A DNA stretch of 62,526 nt, filler included. It is 4 parts of 4 records of this genome, joined end to end, with 100 filler letters (N's around TTAATTAATTAA, not from the genome) between each part and the next. Parts side by side here need not be neighbours in the genome. Positions count along the whole stretch, not along the records: positions 53,213 to 62,526 come from SRR2962707_3379; 3 more parts are not named here. The stretch is one strand, 5' to 3'. Position numbers and translations under genes: made by a program. Below the pieces are notes generated by a model. The model had not been told where the DNA came from. It did no database searches and saw only the letters and a list, made by a program, of their open reading frames with translations. Below are positions 54,806 through 62,526 of the stretch, in pieces. Within the stretch, counting starts at the first letter, position 1. Each line of letters starts with the position of its first letter.

Positions 54806-57800
54806 TCAAAAGCCAAAGCGCAAACGCATGATTTTGTCTTCAAATCCATTGAGCAGCAGGCACGTCTCCGTGCAACGCAGATTTGAGACAGTTGCGGTGT
54901 TTGTATCGAAACCCCACAGTTTCTTCAGAGAAGTACCGCCCTTTTCGATGCCCCACACCTAACAAAAAATCAAAACCAATACCAGACCACAACAACCGTG
55001 CTCAGCAATGAGTGCTGCAAACTGGACAACAGCAGTGGCAGAACGAACGAGTGACGTACCTGCAATAACCCGGTTTGCAGGACGAGAACAATCCGCCCGC
55101 CAGTTGCATCAAGGAAGCAACACTTGGGTGTGTCGTCAATAACCACACGACACTGCTGACTCACATACACCGCTGGCAATAAATAGCGTGGAGACGGCGC
55201 AGTGGTTGCTTTTACAGCGGCCCCTCGAGCTGCAAGCAGGTCCTTTGTGAATGTTTGAACAGTGCAGCTTTGATCTTGATCAAAGTTGCTGGTCCGTTTG
55301 GCACCCGCTGCACCACCACCACCACTAGCGTCGCTTGCCGCACCAACGAGTGGAGGGGGCGCACGTTTTGTAGATCCCGTGATATTGCTGGATGTAAAGA
55401 TGATTTCACCGTAAGACATGAAAGCACCTTGAAGCAAAATGAAGCGATTTCCATTGACGCTCATTTGGGGTTCGGTCTGAGAGCAGCGTCGCAACGACAG
55501 GAGATACAGGGACAAAGGTTACGCTGTGTATCAGTTCACATTGGTAGACAACTGGATCATCAAACTACGAACGTGTAATGCCGATTGTCGGATGTGACTA
55601 TGCGAAAGTACGATTCCGTGAATGAGGTCAATAAAGACAATTGTCAGTACTTCCATGGAGCTGCACACACAGACGAGGACTGGGGGATCGTCCCGCGAAA
55701 CCCCGCGAGTAATGACAGCACAGTATGAAAGCTGCTTCTCAAACTTTATGGTGTGACGACGGATGCCCGCCTCCACATCCCACACGTAGACTTCATCTTC
55801 ACTTGTGGCGCTCCAGCACAAGTCATTGCCTTGGAATCGTGAACGAAACGACGCAAATAAATTCGAATCTGGACGGCAGTGAAAGTAGCCCACCTGTGGT
55901 CGCCCCGAACCCGACGAGAACAAAGACAAGACGAAGTTCAGCCCTTTGCACGACCGGATTCCATTCAGATCCTAGGCCTTCGAAAAAACGTAGACTTGCC
56001 TGTGTCACTGAGCCTGCGTGCCCATCTAGAGTGCGGCAACACTTCCATTCTCCGCGGGAGGCGACGCTGGGCATGCCTGTTATTAATTTCCAGACTTTTA
56101 CAGAATTTCTGCCCACATCGCATGCAATCCGATCAACACAAAATTGCATGGGAAATTGAACCAAATCGACACAAACGACCAGCAGCCAGTACAACACGCG
56201 CATCAAAACGAGAATCGCAGACAAACCGGAACTGTAGTGCGTTGGCTCCATGTGCCATCCACGGAAGAAGCCCAGAGCCAGATATAATGGTCGAGTTGTC
56301 ATCGCACACATGAAGCGCAGTCACAGCATTGACATGGTTGTCAGGGAGTGGTTCTGAAATTGCGTCGGTGTCGACGTCACCCACGCGGATAGTTCCATCA
56401 AATGAACCTACTGCAACGAGATTTGTACTCGAGGCAGCATACTCTTGGATGTGCATTTGAAAGCGCAAGGGCCCTACGAACCGAGTACACAGCAGAAATC
56501 GAGTCAAAACTCAACTTTTCAAAACAAACCCAGTGCTCAAATCGGCGAAACCCGTGCAAACAAGTTGTTGTTAACAAGTTCGCACACCTTGCGACATTGG
56601 TTGACCAGTTTGCCAATTGCGCCGACAAACAACTTTCTCAGTGTGAAACAGTTTGTACTGTGCACGCGATGCCGCAAAAGTGCTCTCCGTCACCGCACCC
56701 AAAACCTGCAGCCCAAGTAAATTCAACACAACCACCACAGCAGCAACAAGAGCACGAAGTAAACTACCGATGGGCCACAACTGCCACGAGCACGGCTACA
56801 ATGCATGAATTCGCTTATATCAACTACAAAGTTTGCATCAACTTGCCTTGTGCGAAAAGTCTCTTTGCAAGAGCCCTGCCCAGAACCCCATCGAGATATT
56901 GGTGTCCGCCAAGAAATTGCGGATGCGCCAACAAGTCAACATCATGCTGTGGATTTCGCCAATTCGCAAAAAAGACATGACTTGCGATAACGTGTGTGCG
57001 TTAGTCAATAGCCACGCTATGCGACGTCGCGGACTTGAGGGTTCAAGGTCACTGCTTTCACTTTTGCCACGCATGGCTTCCGTGCTGTGCGTTTCGTCAG
57101 AATCAGTGGAATTCGAAGTGGTCGAAGGCACTGGCACCATTTCTATTGATGTCTTATCCTCAGGACTCGGGGACGGTGCGCGGTCAGGTGTTCGGCTCGA
57201 TTCTGTTCCTTTCGATTCCGCATTTTCAATGAAGAAGTTGGGGTACCTATGACACGATTAACAAAGCACTCAAGGTGTGATCAACGAGCGCTCTGCACGA
57301 TGCCATCAATTGCATGACTCGCCCCGACACCTCAGTGTCCATACGCTTGTGGTCCAGACACAGACAGATTCCTACCCCATTCCGTCGGCGAATTGAAGAT
57401 CGAGACCAGCCTCTTCAAGGCTGGCAGATGTCCGGAGCAACGTTGGAGTTGCGTAGCGCATAAAAAAAAATATCACCAAAGCCGTACACGACGACCATCT
57501 AGCAGAGTTGCGTTGATGGTTTAAGTTTTCAGAATCATGATCACGGCCCAAAGATCAGACGCAACCAGACTTGGGATTCTCTCGCTACATGCTCCAGGCA
57601 ACGACGTACACAACAATGACGAGAAGACCAAGAAGTTGAATGCCAAGGCCGCGAAAATTTCCGGAATAGACTAACCCTGGAACTTCTGAGGGTGAAAGCT
57701 CAGGGCAAGCAAATATCCCCGTTAGAACCACACCTTCACGAAGAACAGTGCAAGCAAAAGTTATCCAAGCGCCACACAAGTTTTGCAGTGCAAGCACACG

Positions 57801-59985
57801 GGCAGGTCTCGAATATCCACACAGAAAACCGGAAAGTATTCAACGACAAAACTTCACGGACCCACAGATCCTGCTCCAGCGTGAACAGCGAATGCATCCA
57901 CAGGATCGTCAACGCGACAGCGAAGAGCCAAGATGCTGCACACACGCAAACGCAAAGCCATTCGCGCTGTCAGAAATATTGGTGCAACAGACCATTTGTG
58001 ATCGAGCAAGAGTATCCGTTGTTTTACCTGTATCCGTGAGTCACAATCGCGCCGAGCAGCCCGATCACAAATGCCGCCCAAGTGTCGACATAGCCACAGC
58101 CCGAAGTGATCGCCTTCAAACAAAACCGTGAAATGTGTCAAACAGCGCCGTTTGGCGTTCAAAAACGACACAAGCGTGCGAGAAGAGCAGAGAGACCTCG
58201 GCCACGTACAACCAAAGACGCCAATATGGAGTTCATGATGATTGTCAAATTGTGTTCTGATCGCGCGAGGGATATCCCAATGCCCGCCTATGGTCATACG
58301 TACCAGCAGTCAAAACTAAACAAGCAAGGTCGACGCGAATGCGACACCGCAGCGGTTGTTTCGAAAAGCGATGGTGCACACGAAACTAAGCGTACCACAA
58401 GACCTGCTCCAAATGCTATGACTGTGTTGGAAGCTGCCAGACTGGAGACATAAAAGTCGCTCACAAGCCCATCGTTGAGCCGAGATGCATTGAATCCAGT
58501 CCAACCGAAGAAAAGAATCCAAACTCCGGTCACTGTGAGCGAAGAGGAGTGCTTACCAAAGTTGCGAACAGTCACAACGCCATCTTGTGTGACTCGGAAC
58601 CGGTTTGCACGGGGCCCAATAACGGCAGCTCCGACGAATGCACAAAGTCCTCCGGTTACATGCACAACTCCCGATCCCGCAAAATCAAGGAAGCCCAAAT
58701 TTTCAAGGAAACCGTCAGGGTGCCAAGCCCAGTAGCTCAGAATCGGGTAGGTCACGATTGACATGTAGACTGAGAAAAGGACATATCTTTCAGAAGTTCC
58801 CGGGTCATGCAACAAACATCATACAGGGGCAGTCATTTATGAGGACTCGAAATGGCACGAGCTCATGCGCGGGGACAAATGTGCATACGACTAGACTTAG
58901 GGACTCACCCATATGCCTCCATTCTCCCAAGCGTACCCCCACTGACAATGGTCACGGACGTGCTACAGAAGCTCAACGATGAGAGCCACAGACTCAACTT
59001 TTCAGGGCCGGAGCGCCTTGACAATGCGATGGAGTCTACATCAAGAGTAGCGATGGCAAACCTACCGCATCAGCACATGATCACCACAACGGGGCAACAA
59101 CAACAAAATGACAAGTAAGTGAGGACTGGTTGGCGCACAAGGGGGGAAACATGCTGGGTTTCCACGCTTCACAGTACACAAGAGAAGTGCGTCGTACCCA
59201 AACAGCCACCACGCAATAATGGTGGTGCCAAAATCCATCAAGTTCTTCAATAGAACAGCTTTCACGCTATTAGCACGCGCTATTCCCGCTTCGAGGAGCG
59301 CGAAGCCCGTTTGCATGAACAGAATGTTGAATGTCGTCAGCAGCGTCCAGGATACTACTGTGGCTGTATCGGCCGTAGCATTCGTCAAGTTGGCAATGTC
59401 TTCCAAATCGTCGACGCCAAGGGCGTATTGCATTTGTACCTATCAACCCAACGCAATCGATGTGAGACATTTTCTCTGGTATTTTGGCACGGCAGGCACC
59501 GACGGCAAGCCAACGAGAGCCCATACCACAGAACTGGCAAGCAATTGGACAGATTCGGAGAGACAGGCCACGTCCGAACATTCTTGTGCTTCGAGACCCT
59601 GCACATTGCTTGTGGAAACGGACATGTTTTTTAAAAAAAAAAAGCAACTGCTCTTTTAAGGGTCAACAACGGTATGCGTTCGCGTCAATCACGTAGACCA
59701 TGGATGGAAAGGGCCGCAAGCGCGCGGCCGCACAAGCAGCGTGCCAGGTGGTATTGAGTTCGGTATTATTTTTCGAATGCTTTTCCCGAGTGCTTTAATA
59801 ACCGGGTGAAACAAGTCAAAACTAGCAACCCTGGATTCTTCAGCGTCACCGAGTGCCGAGTTGAGGGTCGAGAGACGCTGCTTCTCTCGTTCTGAGAGTG
59901 AGTCACGAGAGGGCGAGCTTCGAGCTTCGGAGCGAACGGGGGACGAGACGATAGTCAACGAGTCAACGTCTCGTGCTTCTGCCAC
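54806..59985 (-). CDS. amt: Eukaryotic multi-exon gene: Amt/Mep ammonium transporter fused to an F-box-like motif and WD40 repeats (5' exon unresolved)
   Basis: Exons 59985-59734, 59598-59527, 59439-59198, 59061-58909, 58786-58396, 58287-58210, 58113-58028, 57935-57862, 57733-57610, 57498-57376, 57246-56847, 56705-56588, 56473-56227, 56108-56000, 55893-55573, 55476-55060 and 54958-54806 total 3360 nt, all phases consistent. Motifs: FMQTGFALLEAG, DFAGSGVVH, GWTGFN, DDPVDAFAVH, EEAGLD, F-box-like segment, RNWQTG, GSFDGTIRV, GHAGSV. Confidence 0.8.
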
Positions 59986-60064
59986 CTAGCGGTGTCGAAA
60001 GCTGGATTTCGGTGCTTTCACACGTGCGACCGGGACCCTCGGGCGGGTGAGCAAGCGAATCAGC

Positions 60065-60217
60065 GTGACTTCGTGCTTTCGCGAGTTCGCGAGTTCGCGA
60101 GTCCGCGAGTCCGTGACTCTGCGAGTCCGTGAGTCCGTGCGTTCGCGAGTTCGTGAGTCCGCGAGTCCGCGAGTTCGTGAGTCCGTGAGGTCTGTGACCC
60201 CGTGAGCCCGTGACTCC
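60065..60217. repeat. Octamer minisatellite G(C/T)GAGT(C/T)C, about 19 degenerate copies
   Basis: Seen directly, just upstream of the first resolved amt exon. Confidence 0.9.
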
Positions 60218-60914
60218 GTGGCTACGTACGTGACTGATGACTCCGTATGGTCAAGTATGTTGTATGTGATGTACAACGTGTATGTATGTTGTTGTCCTGT
60301 TTGTATGGTCATGTATGTTGTTGTAAAAAGGCAGCAAGCGTGATGAGCGGCTGCGGTTGGTTGGTTCCAGGTGGCCGCCGCTATGGTTGTTGTTGTTGTG
60401 TGGTGGTGTGTGTGTGTGTGGGTGCATCATGGTCGTGAAGAACAAACAAAGTGGTGACTCGCATAGCCTTGAGCCCAGTGTTCTTCAGGCTTAGTAACCG
60501 GAACTGTTTGAAAAACGATAGTTTATCGACCTACAACGTTTGCGTTGGAAGTATGTATGGTCATACGACACGGAGCGTGTGCGAAAAGTGTTAATTTAGC
60601 AGTTGGAACTGCCAGCGTCGTTTTGGTTTGGTCATCGCTGGACTTTGTCCCCTAGCCCCTCGTCATGCTGGGCAATACCGGGTATCTTGGCAACACCACT
60701 ACGAATCACGACCTCGGTGGCGGAACCGGGATTCAGGGCCAACGTGGTGGGCGCAAAGCGTGGAAGCTTTCAGAAAAGTGTTTCCAAAGTCGCGACGTTT
60801 GTGGCTGTCCTGAATAAGCGTCGGCATGGGTACAATGGCAGAAAAAATCTCCACAGCTTGCACACCCACACCACCACCAGCTCGTATCACGAATCACTCA
60901 CGAGTAGGACACCT

Positions 60915-62504
60915 TCAGTCATCCTGTGAATAGTCGTCATCGTCGTCGTTGTCGTCTTGGCTGAAGTCGTTGTCGTCGTTGCTGTAGTTGCTCCCGTCAT
61001 CCTCTGCGTCTTGTTCGTTCGTGCTGGCAGCCGGAGGTGCGCCGTTCTCATCACTGCCAGAGGTGCCCGATTCAGGAGCGCTGAGGGGTTCCCTGGGTTC
61101 AGCCGGCTCCTTCACCAGCGCATGTCCGGCATCATCATCAGTGGGATCGTTGCTGTAATCGTCTTCGTTGTAGTCCTCGCTGTCGGTTCCGGACCCGCTG
61201 CCGTCCGCGTTGGCAGCCTCTGCGACTAATTTCATTGGATCCTTATCCGTCTGAGCGCTCGCCACAGTGCTGTCGAGGGACACATCGGCAACTGCCTTCA
61301 GCGCACCAGGCGAAACCACAGGCGCTTTCTTGTCCTTCTTCTCTCGCGAATCGCTGCGGATTCTTCCAGCGCCCGCATCTCCTCCAATAGTTCCAGGATC
61401 TGAGTGTGCTCCGACAATGGACGTCGCGATGGACCACGGGCGCGGACGGTTGGCGCGAAGTTCGGCGCGAGTTGGTGCCGGGTTATCACGGCGGGCTTTT
61501 GGCTTTTTGCGCATGTGGCTTTGCCATGGACGGGCTCGTGCTTCTCTCTGAGCTCGGCGATCTTTCTCAGGTTCCGATTCTGGCTCCGCCTTCGCAGTTT
61601 TCATGTTGGCGACCCACGGACGAGGACGCTGCTGGCGTCTTGTGCTTCTGTCAAGATCTTCTGCGGCGGTACTGGCATTGGTAGCAGCATTGTCACCTTC
61701 GTGTTCATTTTCAGAATCGTCGCCACTGGCCTCCAACTGCTGTCTGGACGTCGCTTTCATGCAGCGTGTCCAAGGCCGTGGTCGTGACTGACGCAGAGTC
61801 GCTCGATCAACCTCGGGCTCTTGGACCACCGGAGGCCGCGCAGTCTTCGACATCTTGTGCTTCCATGGTCGCTCTTCAATGTTGTACTTCTCCCATATTG
61901 AAACATCTTTTTCCGGAGAAGGGGGCTTCGGTTTTGTAGACATGTGCTTCCGCCACGGCCGCGCTTCGATTTTGTACTTGCTCCAAATGTCTTGCGGGCT
62001 ACCAGTAGGTTTGGCTTCAGGACCACTGCCTGTTTCCTCATTCGTATCCATTGCAGAAGCTCTTCCACCACCAGACGTCAAAGAAGTGCTTTGAGGTTTG
62101 GTGTTTTTCTGCTTCCGCTTGGTCTTTTCAAGGGCAGGGTCATTTTCACGAACATGACTGGCAGGACGGCTTTTGCGAGTGGGCGTGAGTTTTTGCTTGT
62201 CTTGCCACCACGGCGCGACTGCAGCAGAAGAGGCTCGGTTGATTTCTTCAGCAGAGACGTGAAGAAGCGCAGGTATATCGAGCGTCGATATGTTGGCCGA
62301 GCTGAGAGAACTTACTATGTTGAGCAAAGTGCCGTCATCCAACGGAGCGTGGATATTCTGCTCCCTCAGAAATCGTTTGATTGCTTCTTTCTCGCAGTTC
62401 ATTGTCGTCCGACAAGCCGGCAAGTTCGACACCGCAAAAATCTCACTGTTCAGGCCACTACTGTCGGTGCCATTTGCGCCACCGCCGCCAACCGAACACA
62501 ACAA
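60915..62504 (-). CDS. Eukaryotic low-complexity protein with six RPW repeats and an acidic tail (start uncertain, possibly ATG near 62402)
   Basis: 529-aa uninterrupted ORF; repeats such as IWSKYKIEARPWRKHM and DRATLRQSRPRPWTRCM. Confidence 0.7.
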   Translation of the reverse strand: MLCSVGGGGANGTDSSGLNSEIFAVSNLPACRTTMNCEKEAIKRFLREQNIHAPLDDGTLLNIVSSLSSANISTLDIPALLHVSAEEINRASSAAVAPWWQDKQKLTPTRKSRPASHVRENDPALEKTKRKQKNTKPQSTSLTSGGGRASAMDTNEETGSGPEAKPTGSPQDIWSKYKIEARPWRKHMSTKPKPPSPEKDVSIWEKYNIEERPWKHKMSKTARPPVVQEPEVDRATLRQSRPRPWTRCMKATSRQQLEASGDDSENEHEGDNAATNASTAAEDLDRSTRRQQRPRPWVANMKTAKAEPESEPEKDRRAQREARARPWQSHMRKKPKARRDNPAPTRAELRANRPRPWSIATSIVGAHSDPGTIGGDAGAGRIRSDSREKKDKKAPVVSPGALKAVADVSLDSTVASAQTDKDPMKLVAEAANADGSGSGTDSEDYNEDDYSNDPTDDDAGHALVKEPAEPREPLSAPESGTSGSDENGAPPAASTNEQDAEDDGSNYSNDDNDFSQDDNDDDDDYSQDD

Positions 62505-62505
62505 G

Positions 62506-62526
62506 CAGCAGCAGCAGCAGCAGCAG
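62506..62526. repeat. (CAG)7 microsatellite at window edge
   Basis: Seen directly. Confidence 0.9.

Noticed and set aside
55255-59696. Numerous plus-strand ORFs and stand-alone minus-strand ORFs over the eukaryotic gene
   Set aside because: Explained as antisense shadows or as exon-plus-intron read-through of the spliced Amt-F-box-WD40 gene.
59986-60312. 108-aa ORF with DSRTR repeats, or a CRISPR-like array
   Set aside because: It is a translation of the 8-bp minisatellite, with no spacers.
53213-62526. Bacteria-eukaryote horizontal transfer suggested by adjacency
   Set aside because: The segments are separated by a linker, and the amt gene has many spliceosomal introns.

Overview
The window is not one continuous locus. 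It is four contigs joined by 100-bp N/TTAATTAATTAA/N linkers at 26174-26273, 37263-37362 and 53113-53212. (1) 1-26173 is an AT-rich Flavobacteriaceae-type chromosome. It holds the end of a tyrosine-integrase element next to a tRNA-like att core, then rodA-mrdA-mreDCB, purH, a pirin, the gldKLMN T9SS/gliding motor, topA, miaB and a sigma-54 activator. (2) 26274-37262 is Bacteroidota accessory DNA: a flavin monooxygenase, DsbA-like protein, ECF sigma plus partner, two tandem BLUF photoreceptors, an MFS transporter and two GT2s. (3) 37363-53112 is Bacteroidota. It has two REP-associated tyrosine transposases and a 14.8-kb translationally coupled operon: fibre/chaperone-like protein, OM beta-barrel, OmpH, lipoprotein, TcB/SpvB-like YD protein, Rhs toxin and two candidate immunity genes. 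(4) 53213-62526 is an intron-rich eukaryotic contig. The top finding is here: hand-splicing 17 minus-strand exons (59985 to 54806) gives one uninterrupted frame of about 1119 aa in which an Amt/Mep ammonium transporter is fused to an F-box-like motif and WD40 repeats, a candidate ammonium transceptor coupled to an SCF ubiquitin ligase. The second candidate system is the Tc-BC-like/Rhs export operon on contig 3. All calls come from manual motif recognition; no searches were run.
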